Program-made: the position numbers and the translations under genes | The notes under the pieces: model-generated | Databases searched by the model: none | The model's input: only the letters and a program-made list of their open reading frames with translations | Told to the model about the DNA's origin: nothing | Shown: piece after piece, positions 1-13,001 of the stretch | Layout: each line of letters begins with the position of its first letter | Numbering within the stretch: the stretch's first letter is position 1 | Assembly (NCBI RefSeq): GCF_009834535.1 | Contig: NC_045696.1 | Location: 1,862,001 to 1,926,000, forward strand | Reading direction: 5' to 3' | From: Camelus ferus | Lineage: Eukaryota | DNA length: 64,000 bases

Positions 1-284
1 CGGGCCTCCCAGGAGGCAGCTTCATGCCCTCCTCTCTCAAGTGACACACCCAACCACAAGTCCCCAGGCTGGAGGGCGGGCTCCCCACCACCATCCCGGA
101 GCAGGGCTGGCCCCACCCCACCCGTCTGTCCTGACCAGCCTCTCTCTGGGCCTGGGCCTCAGGGATTGAACAATGACAATGACTGTGCTGGGACAGGATC
201 GACCATCCTTCCTCCCTCCCCCACGCCTCACCCCCCTCCTCCCCCTGCTCCCGGCCAGAGCACGCAGCCCACCCAGCACCTTAC

Positions 285-358
285 CTCGTAGATGAGGAAG
301 ACCTTGGCCCCCACGTAAATGCCCATGCGCGTGACAGCTCGAACGGCGGCATTCATGC
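285..358 (-). CDS. PFKL: PFKL coding exon 2 (74 nt)
   Basis: ctcgcag|GC ATG AAT GCC ... TAC GAG|gtaagg. Confidence 0.96.
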
Positions 359-3300
359 CTGCGAGGGAGCAGGGAGACGCCCGTCAGTGGAGACTTGGGG
401 TGTCGGGGCCCTGGACCTTCGCTCCCCGCATCTCAGGGGACACTGAGCCAGGAGCCCAAGCCCAGCACAGGGCGAACCCCACCCCAGTGTCATTCCAGCT
501 TCCAAGCATTTGGAAATAAGCTGCCCAGGAAGGTCCCCACCTGGACTGGATTCCTCCAGAGTCTGGAGAACAGGCAGGTGCAAACCTGCCACATTGTGTC
601 TGGCCTCAGCCTGCCTCGTGCTCACTTGTGGCCCCTGCTGCTCAGCACCACACCCCTCCTACTCCTGTGACCAGACCCTGACCTGGGGGAATCTCAGCAA
701 GTCGGGTGTACGACCCCAGGATGAAAGAGGAGACAGGTGGGACACAGGGGGCAGCAGCCTTCCAAACCCACCCTCAGCCTCTGCTGGACTCTGGGCCACC
801 ACACTGGGGGGCAGCTCAGGGGATACCTGAAAGTCAGTGTCCCTTGGCCCTGGGGCCATAAACCCCCTGCCCCACGGCCTGGAGAGTGGCCTTCATAGAA
901 CAAGGAAGGACAACACCCCCCCCCCTAAGGCTAGGGTCTGGGACTGTTGGTGTTGCCGAATATCGTGTTCCAGCTCAGTTGTGAACAGCTACCTGAATCC
1001 AGGCGAGAGACCAAACAGCCCTCGGACAGACGGAGAACTCAGGCTTGTTACACCAAAAGGCCCACAGGAGTTAACACTCCAAGCTCTGGACCCGTCTGTA
1101 GGGTTACACCGGCTTTTATAAGCTGCCAGTTTACACTTTGCAACATCATATGCAAATGAGGTATAAGGAAAGTTGACTAATTAAGAACAAGCTTTGTAGA
1201 AATGGACCAATTAGGAGGGCGAGAAATAACCAATCAGAAGTGAGCTCCATGCAAATGAAGTACTACAAATGGACCAATCAGAAGTTAGGGAAATGAACCA
1301 ATCAGGAGTTAGGGAAATAACTAATCAGGAGTGAAGGAAATAACCAATCAGAAGTGAGCTCAGGGAACCAATAGAATTTTAGGCGTAAGTAAGCCGTTTC
1401 AGAGGCAAAAAGTGAGATACAGCCTCTGAGCCAGGGAACCGGATGGTGCTGGCAGGAGAGTAGTGGCCCTGCCTGTCTTTTTATGGGGCTTCCTGCCTCA
1501 CTGGGGGGGGTCTGGCGGCCTCCGGCAGTCAGCTAAATGGCCTCATGCACACCGGGGCCACCAGGCTCGGGGGTCACCTCGCTTCCTTGACCCCTGGCCC
1601 CAGCCCCTGTCTACAGCAGCTACCCTGCAGTATAGGCTTCCTGGAAAGACAGACAATCGTGGGGCAGGAAGAGAGCGCAGCTCACAAGAAATACTCAAAA
1701 GAGTCCAATGGAACCTCACTCCCGTTTCCTTGCAGGTCAGTTCCCGCGGGCCTGGCCCATAGTAGGGCTCACAAGGCACAACCCGAGGAAGCCCCATGGG
1801 CGGCCCCACGGGGGACAGGTGCACCAGCAGTAGCCCAACGCGGCAGCCCCTGCTGCTGTCTGAGGGTGGGACGGGGCCTCCAGGTGGCCTGACGCGCACA
1901 GCTGCAGCCCCCTCAAGCCCAGAGAATGCTAGGTCAGATACCAGGTCAGATGCCAGGTGGGTGGCCCTGTGCGGGCACCCGGGGCAGGCCCAGCCCCCAC
2001 CCTGACTGCCACCTGGCAGGGGGCCATGGCTGAGGCCTGGGAATCAGCAGCTGGAGGCAATTTGCCTCAAACCTTTCCTGTCACAAAAGCTATCAGTGGG
2101 ACGGGCAGGACAGACACTGGTCTTCAAGAGGAAGAAAGTTGGCCAAGGCCACCCACCCCAGGTCCCAGCCTCTGATGCCAGGTCTGGGGGTCCGATCACA
2201 GAGGTGACCTGTGCTCAGTCTCGCCCCGGGGACCACCCCTGCTCCCCCGCCTTCCTCCCGCAGGCCTGGCCCAGAGCCCACACTCACATCCTGTGGTCTG
2301 TCCCCAGGCTGGGAAAGCCCTTACCTGCCCTCCGGGCCCCCTGAGCTGGTGGAGGGGCAGTTCCTAGCAGCTTGGGCATCCTGCAGGAGTGCTGTCACCC
2401 ACAGGATCCCTAGAGCATGCGTGGTCCACATGGTGACCCCAACTCGATGACTCTCGACCATTACCCTGATTACACAAGTCTCACCCTGTCTCCAGCCTGG
2501 AGGCAGGGCCCAGGGAGTGAGCAGCTCTCAGACAAGGCATTGAGGGCTGGACAGCAGTGAGAACCTCAGGAAGAGCTCTGCAGGAAGAGCCTCTCCCAGG
2601 GCAGGCCCACGGCCCACAGCTCCAGGCCCACAGCTCCTGGCCCACAGCCCATGGCTCCCGGCCTACGGCCCTAGCTCCTGGCCCAGGGCTCCAAGCCCAC
2701 AGCCCACAGCTCCCGGCCCACGGCCCACAGCTCCCGGCCCGTGGCCTACAGCTCTCGGCCCACAGCTCCCAGCCCATGACTCCCTGCCCACGGCCAATGG
2801 CTCCCGGCCCACGGCTCCTGGCCCACGGCCCACAGCTTCCAGCCCAAGGCTCCCGGCACATAGCTCCTGGGAAGTCAGCTGGGGAATTTGCCACTATCCT
2901 CATTCTGCAGATGAGAAATCCCAGCAGGTGAGGGCAGGGCCAGGGTCAGTGGAGCACAGAGGCCAGACGGACCCTGAGCTGGCCATGCCCATGGCTTACA
3001 CACCTGCCTTTAGCAAGAAAATCCCATTTCTAAAGAAAGCATAAATGTCTCTCATCTCCCAAAGGGATGGAAGTGGGGTTGCAGAAATCGAAGTTAAGGG
3101 CAGGAGCCCAGAGAGTGCACCCCACATACATACTCCCAGACAGCTGGGCTGCCCCCAGAACCTAAATCTGAAGGGCCGAAAGTCCTGCTGCCTGAGGCCA
3201 GGGGGCTGTGAGCTGCACTCTCCTTGCCCTGCCTGCCCTCCTTGCCCTGCCTGCCCTCCCGGCCCTGCCTGCCCTCGCGGCCCCTGCCAGATGAGATGAA

Positions 3301-6300
3301 ACAGCTGCAGTGCTGCCCCCACCCCCCAGCGCCCCTCAGCAGGCTCTGGGTCCTGCAGAAGCATCCGGCCACCTCTTGGGCCTTGGCCAGCCGAGGCTTT
3401 TCACTCTCAGGTATCTGCTGGGGTGAGGCCACTTGGGGCTCAAGGTCCAAGCCCCGCCTCTGGGAGCAGGAGGGAGGCCAGCAGTTCCGGGTGGGTGAGG
3501 AGAGAGGGTGGGGACAGGGGGGGCAGCGGCCAGGAGACCCAGGCCACCGTCCAACCAGAGGTCATGGCCATCCCACTAGCCAGCCTGGAGGCCTTGTCCG
3601 GAGCCCCAAGGACAGCAGAGGGCCCCAGGCTTAAGGTACTGTTTGCAGTCTCGTGGCAGAGAGCAAATGACCATATTACACTCTCAAATCTTGGAAAGGA
3701 ATTGTACCAGCTGCCATGGAGACAGAGGCCTAAGGGCGTGGGTTTCCTTGCCTAGTAAACCTCACTGTAAGCTGCCTTCCTTAAAAGAGCCTATTTAGTT
3801 GCCTTTAATCTGCTTTTCTTTCTCGAAATAACCCTGGGCAGCAGCCATAAGCCCCGAGGGTCAGAGGAGCAGGCAGGAGAAAAGCTGCAGCTGACGGACC
3901 ACGCCTCGACCCTTGACCCTTGACCCTCAACACGTCACCCTCACCCTCCAGCAGGCCAGGGAGACTGCAACTGAGGACCTCCTGCTGGAGGAAATTGACA
4001 TCACAAACTGATGTCTGAGGAGGACGTGTTTGTCCCTAAGGTGAATTTTCATCACAATTAGCTTCTGGAAAAGCCAAACGGACAGGAAAGAGGTGAGCCT
4101 GAGAGGACATGCGGTCCAGCAGGTCAGCATCTAATTGTCAGCTGATGTGAAGACGCAGAGCCAGGCAGGGACAGACAAGATGGGGAGGGAGCCCTCACCT
4201 GCAAACACAGGCCATCACCAGCTACACTGAGCAGCCTGGAAAAGGCCGGTCCTGGGTGCTACTGAGGGACAGGGCTGGGGCCACCCAGGGCCAAGACCCA
4301 GGGGGTCAATGGAGGGGGAGCTGGGCTGTTTTACAGCCTTGTAGTCACTTTTGTACAAAGTAACATCCTTGAACAACAACTGCCTTTCCTCAACTCACAG
4401 ATGGGCACTCTGGCCAACAGGAAGGGCAGAGGACATGGCTTCTGGGCTGGCTGGAAGGAACCTGTCCGGTGGCTCATCCTGGCCTCTCCCCACTGCTTAC
4501 AGAAGGGGAAACTGGGGCCCGAGGGAAGTGCTCGGGTCAAATCACAGAGCTGGTCCAGGCTGGCCCAACCAGGATAGGGTCTGGCCCTCCATGCCATGAG
4601 GCTGGCTGGTTTTCACTCGTTCCAACAAACGCAGACTAGCATCTGGGAGGCAAGCGCACATCAGGGTGGATACCCATTCTCTGCAGCTGCTGTCGGCCCC
4701 GCACCCACATGGGAGAGCACACAAGGGAGGGCCCATGTGGCACCAGCAGGTCCCAAAAGGTCAGCCTTATCTGGAAGGCACTGAGGACCCCTGAGGGCAA
4801 ACTGGGAACCCACCGTCTGGAGCCAGGTCCCCAGAGTGGTGCAAGCAAGAGTGAGTGGGCCCAGGGCAGACACCCACTGGCTGGCTTTCAGAACTTACAA
4901 ACCAGAAAGGCTCCCTACCCCGCAGAGAGCTAGCTGGCCCTCATCTTCCTCCAGGCCTCGGTCCCAGCCCTAAACTGGGGAAGCTGGCGGAGTCCTCCTC
5001 TCTCAAAGCCCCAACCAGAAAATCATGGTGACAGCCGCTAGGGGAATAGGGAAGCAAGGACACCTGCAGGAGGTGAGGTGGCTGCTGGTCAGCCCAGCCG
5101 GTGGTACGCTGACGGCCACACTCCGAGGCATCCAGGAAGCACTGCCTGTTCTGTGTGGGGCTCCAGGGCAGGGCTGGCCAAGTGGAGACCCGCAGGTCAG
5201 ACAGGCTCTGCCCTCAGCTGGCCCACCTGCCGGGATGGCAGCACTGCACCTCCACGCTCCCTCACCCTATTTGGCCTGTGCAGGGGGGAGGGGGCACGCC
5301 TGCCCACCGGGCTCCGCACCTCTGCACCTCTGCCTACACGCCCTTGTTCATCAAGCCCAGCCCTCCCTCCAGCGCTGCTGTCTCCCCTGTGCAGACGGCA
5401 GCCTGGGGTCTGGCAGCCTGGGGTGGAGACCCGGAGCCGCACGAGGCAGGGAGAGGGGCCTTGCCTCCGAGAGGACCTCTCTGGAGAGGCGGGTCTAGCC
5501 CTCTCACTTCCCGGGATCCAGTCTCAGGGATGATGCTTCCGCAAGACCACCTTCTCCACCAGCTCTCCTCCCGCGGCCCCGCCCACTGGCCATGCTCTGA
5601 GAGGGAGCCGTCATCCCCCAGCAACAGGCAGCCAGTGCTCTGGCCATGCGGGGTTGTGGACGTGCAGCAGAGCACAGTGCCCGCCCTGCCAGGTCCAGAG
5701 GGCTCAGCTCGAACCCGCGGGAGGCCTCCCGCCTCGCAGCAGGCCGCGATGCAGACAGTGGCTGACTCGTCTGACTCAGTCCCCCCACCTGGGTTGCCCC
5801 TTGTGAGAGCCGCTTCCTCCGACCTCTTCCCCTCTGACCTCTTCCCCGCTTCTGAGTGGGGAACAGGGGAGTCTGGGGCCTGAGGCAGGGAGAGGAGGTG
5901 TGTGTCTACACTCCTGATCTGGAAGGAGGCAGACCCCGCCCAGCCGTGCAGCCCAAGGGTGCGGGCTGGGTTTCTTCCAGGCCTGCTCCCTGGGCTACTT
6001 AAGGTCTTTCCTGGGGTTCAAGGTGTGTGGTGTGGCCAGGCCCAGGCCCAACAGGTGCCACATTGGTCATCCCCAGAGAGAGGCACTGGAGAGCAGCAGT
6101 CAGGCCCCCAGGAGGGGGCTGCCAGGATAGACCCACAAGAGGGGCACTCACCCAGCTCTGCCAGGTCCTGGCTGTAGGATGCTGGGCAGGCCACCGGGAA
6201 GGCCATCTTTGGCTTCCCCTGTACAAGCCCGGTTAGAACAGGTCTGCACTGAGGAAAAATGCCCCAGAGCCACCCTGGAGGCGGTGGTTTGGGGGAAGCA

Positions 6301-6833
6301 CTGTGCCCCCAGGTTGCGCTTCAGAACCAGGAAGAGCGGGCTCTAGGCCTGCGGGGACCTGCTCAGAACCTCAGCGACCTCCGCTTGGCGTTGCCTCCAG
6401 GAAATGGGCTCCCGACAACAGCCACCGGGGAAGGGGTGTGGGCAGCGCCCGGGGCGGCAGGGGCGCTGAGAGCGTCTCGTCCCGCCACGGCCGGCCGCGC
6501 AGTCACACCCCCGGCGGGCGGGGCGCAGAGGCCGTGGTGGGTGGCACGTACGCAGGCCCGGACTCGTCCGGGTGGGTTCGGGACAGGGACCTGGATGGGC
6601 ACGAGGAGGCGGCGGAAAGCGCAGCCCCGCAGGAGGACCTGCTGGTCGCGCGCCGCAGGCCCCGGCTGAGGGTGGCGGGCGCGCCCCAGGGCCCTGGGGA
6701 CAGGCAGAACCCCCGCCCGCAGGCGACCGGCCGCGTGCCCTCGCCCACCTTGCGCATCGCCGCCGCTGGTCAGCACGCCGATGGCCTTGCCGGCCCCGGA
6801 CATCCGCAGCTTCTCCAGATCCACGGTGGCCAT
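285..6833 (-). CDS. PFKL: 6-phosphofructokinase, liver type; 5' part (coding exons 1-2), gene continues beyond the window start
   Basis: Join 6749-6833, 285-358 gives [53 protein letters not shown] with the PFK [10 protein letters not shown] motif; canonical GT/AG sites; neighbour of AIRE as in human. Confidence 0.97.
951..1500 (-). mobile_element. ERV1-type solo LTR in PFKL intron 1
   Basis: TG...CA termini (TGAGGCAGG start on minus), near-TSD ttgg/ctgg, TATAAAA on minus at 1114-1120, tandem CCAAT repeats. Confidence 0.8.
2604..2870. repeat. Degenerate heptamer minisatellite (GCCCACR / GCTCCNG units)
   Basis: Visible iterations of ggcccacagctcc with 7-bp periodicity. Confidence 0.85.
6544..6553 (-). 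promoter_or_regulatory. Candidate hypoxia response element in PFKL intron 1
   Basis: GCGTACGTGC on the minus strand contains the RCGTG HIF core, about 200 bp into intron 1. Confidence 0.6.
6749..6833 (-). CDS. PFKL: PFKL coding exon 1 (85 nt)
   Basis: gccgccATGG Kozak context, donor CAAG|gtgggc, inside a CpG island. Confidence 0.96.
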
Positions 6834-8424
6834 GGCGGCGCCGACTCGGCCGCGCTCGCTCTGCCGCCCGAGCCGCCGCTGTCGCCGGTCCCGCCCCGCG
6901 CCCTGCGCTCCGCCCCGGCGCCGGGTGAGGTCACCGCTGGCCACGAGGGCGGGGCGCGGGGCGGGGCCGACGCGCCCGCGTGGCTGTCCCGGGGTCCGGG
7001 GCGCGCACCCGCCACCTGGCCGTCCGCGGCGGCCGCACCTGGGCCTCGGGCCCACTGAGCCAGAATTTTAGTTCAAGTTTCCAGACCTGTTCGGTCTGAT
7101 CCAGGACCGCGTTCGTGGAGCGTGCGCAGTCCAGCTGTCCAGGTCTGCTCGTCACAACCGGCGGCAGAGCCAGTCGAGTGTCAACCAGACCGGAGGGACG
7201 GCCCGGGGAGGGGGCCGGACGCGACCCTTTGCGCACCGCCGCCTGCCCCGCGTCTGGCAGGACTTCTAGGCGCCGGTCTATTTTAACTTTGTTCTTTGCT
7301 GGAGCCACAGGAGCCCTACCCACTCAGGGCCCCCCAGCCACCGCCCTCAAGCTTTAACCGAGGGCCCACCGAGAGCGGTGGACGATTAAGATGCGAAAGG
7401 AATTAAGAGGAAACCCTGCCAGGCTTCGTTCATTCATTTATACATTACTTCAGTAAGTACTTGCTGGACCCGTGGAAAACTTGCACACGGGGCAGCGAGG
7501 TGGGTGGGGACCTGGGTCCGGACAGTGTGGGCTCTACGTCGTCGGATGGTCAGCGGATCAGTCACTCGGAGGGTTGGAGCCCCTCCCCTGATCCAGGCCC
7601 CCTAGCTGGGGGTGGGGGTGGGGGGGGGGGCCCAGCCCGTCACCAGAACAGACTTGACCCCAGCCCTCAGGAAGCCTGGTTGCTGGCGGGAGAGTCCCTT
7701 TGAGCCAAACTGGGGTTTCCAAGGAAAGGCCTCCATCCTGGGCTAGCAGTGGGCGGGTCCCAGGAGCCCCAGCAGGGGGCTGGGGGTGGGGTGACACTCT
7801 GTTTCTTGAGCTGAGTGCTGAGCCAGGTGTTTGCTTTGTGAAAATTCAGCGAGCTGATCGCCTGTGATTTGTGCGGTTTTCTTTGTATGCTATGCTTTAA
7901 TACAAAGTTTACTAAAAATATTCCATTGTGGGGGGCGGGGAAGTGGGGGGGGGGTGTTAGTCAACGGGGGGGGAGTGGCAGTTCTGCAGAATGAGTGCGT
8001 CCCCGAGCTCAGTGTCCAGCCCAGTGCCTGCTTAATGATTCTGTCGTGTACACTTAAAACCTGGCCAAGAGGGTAGGCGTTATGTTAAGTGTTCTTGTCA
8101 CAAATAACAACAGAAACAATGACAATAATAAATAAAGAACACAGGAGCCATTTTTTAATTGTCTTTTTTTAAAAATTCCAAGAAACTGCATGAAATAATC
8201 ATAAATAGCGGAGGAGCAGGACTGGTAAGGGGAGTGGAGAGGGTCCAGGAAATGGTGAGTGTGAGCATAGCCCGCTCTTTGTAAGGAGACTTCAGGGAGA
8301 ACTCGAACAAGCACTACATCCAGATAAAGAGCGTGGGTAAGACACCACCGTGGGACGGAGGTCCTGGAGAAGTGGCAGGGTCTCCAGGCCACAGTCTGGC
8401 CCGTTTCCCTGGGAGCTGACAGTA

Positions 8425-9215
8425 CCAGGTACCTGCTGCTGTGGGACCAAGTACCCCAAGACTTACAGGCCTGCAACCACGACAGACATTTATTATCTCA
8501 GAGCTTCTGAGGGTCAGGGCTGTGGGAGTGGCTCTGGACCTCAGGAGGCTGCATCATCGGAAGGCCCCCTGGGGCTGGACCAGTTGCTTCCTAGGTGGCC
8601 CTCAGGTGGCCGGTGGCAGGAGGCCTCAGTTCCTCTCCACATGGGCCTTGCCACAAGACTGCTTGAGTGTCCTTACAACGTGGAGGCCGGCTTCCCCAAA
8701 GCGAGCTATCCAAAGGGAAGCCACAGTGCTTTTTATGACCTACTCTCGGGGTCATGCCCAGCACTTCCAGCACATTCTTTTTTTCCTGGTAAAGCCATTT
8801 TTACTTGATATTAATCAGCACAAAGAAGAAGAAGAAATTACAAGTCTGAAAGTTGGAAAGGAGGATTTATATTATATACTAGCCTCTTTTTTTTTTCTTG
8901 CTAAGAATGTTTTTAACCTCTTTATTGTGGTGTGGTTCCTCTACCGTAAACTCCACATATTTCAGGTGTACAATCTGATGAATTTCGATAGATGTCCACA
9001 CCCATGAAACCACCACCACAATCAAGATAGCGAATGTTTCCCTCACTCCCCAAGAGCTGCAAATTTCGAATTCCTGGTTTATCCCTTCCCACTCCAGCAC
9101 ATTATTCAGAAGCAAGTTACTAAGTTCAGCCCATGTTCAAGGCGAGAGGAATAAGGCTCCACCTCTTGGAAAGATGAGTATCAAAGAATGTGTTGACATG
9201 TTTTAAAACCACCAC
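8425..9215. mobile_element. MaLR (MLT1-like) LTR interrupted by an L1 3'-end fragment (about 8890-9060)
   Basis: gacatttattatctcagagcttctgagggtcagg MLT1-like motif; T-rich L1 tail-like insert. Confidence 0.6.
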
Positions 9216-9399
9216 AGGCCCCCTGGGGAGGGCATGGGTGATGCCTGCCCGAGTCCTGAGAACACGCTGGGTCAGCAGGGCAGCGGTGCGGGCGGGTCCC
9301 AGGCGTTAGGCGGGCATATGGTGGGGAGAGGGCTGATCTGTCTTCCCTGCTGCTAAGCAAACCCAGGATGCCCTCTAGCTCTCAGGAGATGATCAAATG

Positions 9400-10541
9400 C
9401 CCAACGTCTCTGCCCAGAAAACGTCTCATGCTTTCTGACATCAACTGTGTGTGGTTTTTCCCTACACCAACCAATTCTCTGACACCAACTCGTTGTCCAG
9501 TGATTGAATTCAATTCTGACACTAATTCCCTGGCCAGTCAGCAGAGATCCCACAGGTTAAGGGCTTGGTCCCCCAAGACTGGCCCCACTTCAGAGGCCAT
9601 TTGCAAGTGACAGGTCCCCAGGTCACCCACACTTCCTTGGGTTCGATAACTTGCTAGAATGGCTCCCAGAACGCAGGGAAGCGGCTGACCTACAAAGGGC
9701 ACAAGTGAACAGCAGGTGCCGAGGTTGGTGCAGGAGAAAGACTGTGCGGCATGAGGAGGGCAGTGTCCCAGGCCTCAGCTGAGTCCCGGGACACGGCCAG
9801 CAAAGTGTGGGTCCTTGGCTTCGCGCAGGAAAGGATTCAGGGGTGACCCAGGCCGGCTGGAGCTGGAGCATTAGTGGGTACGGCTCTGAAAGTGCACTGC
9901 ACGCTCAGTATCTCAGGAACATTTTGAGAGCTAATCCCACAGACTGGGCTGTTCTCCAGACAATAAGAATGATAAACACAAGCCCAGAGGGTGACAAGAT
10001 AGGTGTTAAATTGTGGTGATACATGGTAGAGTCCATGCGGGTCAGTGAGGCCTTTGCCAGCCTCCAGTGGATGAAGAGAGTGAGGTTGGTGTTATCGGTT
10101 GGCCAAATCCTGTTCCTGCTCAGGAGAAAGGTATTCATAACACTTGCTGACGTGGTAAGGAACTTTATTCAAGGGGGACCACGGTGATGAGGTTTGCACC
10201 GGGGGCAAGGAGTCCGGCTCAATTCTGACCACAACAGGGAAAGCAGGGGATTTATGGCCAAAGAGCAAGAGGGAGCCGGTGGATGGAAACTACTAAATGC
10301 AAACACCGAGGCTAGGGGATCCCGGGACTCCTCTGGAGGGCGGGCCGGGGGCTCGGCTAGCCAGCTGGAGGTGAGAAACTGATCAGCTACGGAGAGTGGG
10401 CGGGTTCCAAGGCCGGGGGTTTCCCCTAAACTGACTTGGCAGGATTTTGGCTAAAACTGACTAAAAACCAAGGGCAGAGGCCAAGGTCAGGCAGACTCAG
10501 AGGAGGCTGACTTGAGTGTGGTCAAGGAGAGAGTCGGTGTC
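9400..10541. mobile_element. Cluster of ERV LTR fragments (MER21-like; a piece related to the 33.2-kb LTR; MER31/MER67-like on minus)
   Basis: 9765-9850 resembles 33205-33290; gactctctccttgacca-type LTR start on minus at about 10500-10541. Confidence 0.55.
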
Positions 10542-10544
10542 TCC

Positions 10545-10860
10545 ACCCCACCAAGATTCACACTTGAAGCCCTAGCTGGAGAAGGTCTCACAGAGGTGAT
10601 TAAGGTAAGTGGGGTTTTTAGGGTGAGCACTGGTGCCCCTATGAGAAGAGATTAGGACACAGACATGCACAGAGGGACGACCATGTGGGGACACAGGAGA
10701 AGACGGCCATCTGCACACCCAGGAGAGAGGCCTCCGAAGAAACCAGCCCTGCGGCACCTGGGCCTCGGGCTTCAGCCTCCAGGACTAGGAGAAGATGTGT
10801 CTGTCCTTTGAGCCGCCTGATCTGTGGAGCTTTGTCACAGCGCCCAGGAAACGAATCCGG
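10545..10860 (+). mobile_element. MLT1B-like MaLR LTR
   Basis: gaggtgattaagg ... agaagacggccatctgc ... aggagagaggcctc ... aaccagccctgc motifs. Confidence 0.7.
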
Positions 10861-12609
10861 TGGGTTCTGCGTGCTTTGCAGACGGGATGTACAAATGTAA
10901 CCCCTGGCTGGGCAGACAAATGCTTCAGGGTGTTACGTAGCCAGACGTTGATCTGGTGCTGGACCAGCAAGACCAACTTCTAACCCCACAGAAAGACGGA
11001 CAGGAGCAGCTGATGGACGGTCAGCTCCCAAGAAGCAAAGAGAAGCCCAGGGACTGCAGGACAGCAGGTCCATCACCCACTGTGCTTAGAGCACGGGATG
11101 AACTCAGTGCCTACGAGCTCAGGCTGCGGCAGGTAGTGAAGGACCGAGGATGCAGGCACACGGCTCCTCCCCAGCCTCCTCCATCCCTCCATGCACACCA
11201 CAGACCACGGACGGGACTCAGGACTGCTCCTGAGTGACATTTCCTGAATGTGAGGAGTGACACGGGGTGTACTGGAAGCCACTGGGCCACCAGTGGGAGC
11301 GCCTAGCCCCAGGGGAGGGCCTCCGTGGGCCTGTCTGTAGAGGGGTTCCGATGGTCTCCAGACCCCCGGGAACCCAAGGCAAGACCCAGTGGTGCCAAGG
11401 CTGCAGTGGCTGAGAGGAGGCCCTGGACAATGATGGGCAGGGTGTCTGTGACATCTGAGTTCACCTGGGCCAGCTCCCCAACAAATCTCCCATCACTGCC
11501 ATGGTCCTCACCATGTCACTGCCACTATGTCACCCCTTAGGTCACCCCCGTGTCACCCCCACTGTGTCACCCTCCACCACGTTGCCCCACCACCACCACG
11601 TTGCCCCCACCGGCTTCTGCAAACTTCATCCAGTCCTGCGTCATCCTATGGGGGGGGGCCGGGGCTGAGACAGCAGCCAGGATCCGTGGGGAAGAGGCGG
11701 CTCCCAGCTGTGAGTCAGCGGGCATCCGTCCCCTGACTCCTGCTCCATCACCCCCCACCCTGCCCCAGCGGACCCAGCTTGGGGTGCTCCTTCCCAATTC
11801 TTGTCTCTGGTCTCCCCCACTCTGGATCCCTCCTTATCCACAGACACGATCCAGCCGCCATTCTGGGCCGCTCCGCACACATCCATGCTTGCTGCGTCCC
11901 TCCTGGCACTGCTGTCCGCTGCCATCTGTCCCCCTGCTGCCCGCCTGGCCCAGCTGGGCATGGGAGAGCTGCCTGCTCGCTCACGTGACAGGCGTGTCCT
12001 CATCAGTGGGTCCCTGTTTGAACAAATGCTAGACCTGGTGGCCTGAGGCACTTACGCCCCACCGGAGGGCGTTGGTCAGCCCCTCCCAAGGGGCTGCCTC
12101 ACATGTGCTGAGCACAGAGGGTCTCCAGAGGGGCTGAATGAGCCGGTAAAGCCTGGGAACCTGAGGGCTCTGAGTCCCGAGCTGGGGCCCCCACACAGCG
12201 GGGCCAGCGGCCACTCCCCACCCTCCCCAGGGCTCTGACCCCACCTGGCAGGGTGTTCTACCATGGGGTCCCTGCAGGTGGGGGGCTACAACAGCCCAGC
12301 CATCTCTCCACCAACACTGACCCAGCAGCCGGGCCAGGTCCTGGGAGCTCAGCCAAGGACTGGATAGGGCACTGGGCCCCCTGGTGGCCGTTCTCAGGGG
12401 GACAGACACTGTGAGGAAAGAACTCAGTTCTGATGGGCTGTCTCCCGTGGCGGGCAGAGAAGGATAAGCACAGGGCCGTCCACAGCGACCAAGCCCGCCA
12501 TGCCCCTGTCACCTGACCCCGTCCTGTTTCCTGTTTCTGTCTGTGGACACCCTCCCCTGGTGAGTGATCTGTCACTGGAATGTCCCTCTGGGACCCCAAG
12601 GCTCAGCAC

Positions 12610-12800
12610 TTAGAAGAGCCACAGTAAAGGTTTCCTGAATAAATGACTGAGCAGGTGACACTGGAACTGAGATCTCACGGATGAAAAAATAGATGTGCGA
12701 AGCACAGGGTGTAGGGAACTCTGAGCAGAGGGAACAGCCTGTGCAAAGGCCCAGAGGTGTGGATGGGCTTGGCCCTTTGAGGAACAGAGGAGGTGGGAGC
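12610..12800. mobile_element. L2 fragment
   Basis: gggaacagcctgtgcaaaggcccagagg L2-like motif. Confidence 0.5.
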
Positions 12801-13001
12801 ACGTGGTGGGTGGCAGGGGTGGGCGGGGCCGGACCACATGGAGCCAGGGCTGTGCTGGGGCAGAGGCTGGGGCACAGGGGTTCCTGCTTGGCATTCTCTT
12901 CTCGTTACGGCTAGCTCAGCCTACACGACAGGGACCAGAAACACAGGGGCACTGACCCCCCAGAACAAACACACCCCACTGGAGAGCACACAGAAGTGAC
13001 T

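Larger units (their letters stand above)
6340..7290. promoter_or_regulatory. CpG island / GC-box promoter of PFKL
   Basis: Dense CpG, GGGCGG boxes at about 6947-6968, spans exon 1. Confidence 0.85.

Noticed and set aside
1200..1375. Regularly spaced repeats resembling a CRISPR array
   Set aside because: Eukaryotic LTR U3 tandem CCAAT repeats; no unique spacers or cas genes
2481..2931. Repetitive 124-140-aa ORFs on both strands
   Set aside because: Translation of the heptamer minisatellite
6363..7055. 230-aa ORF suggesting an extended PFKL N-terminus
   Set aside because: Only 6749-6833 is PFK-like; the rest is GC-rich UTR and intron read-through
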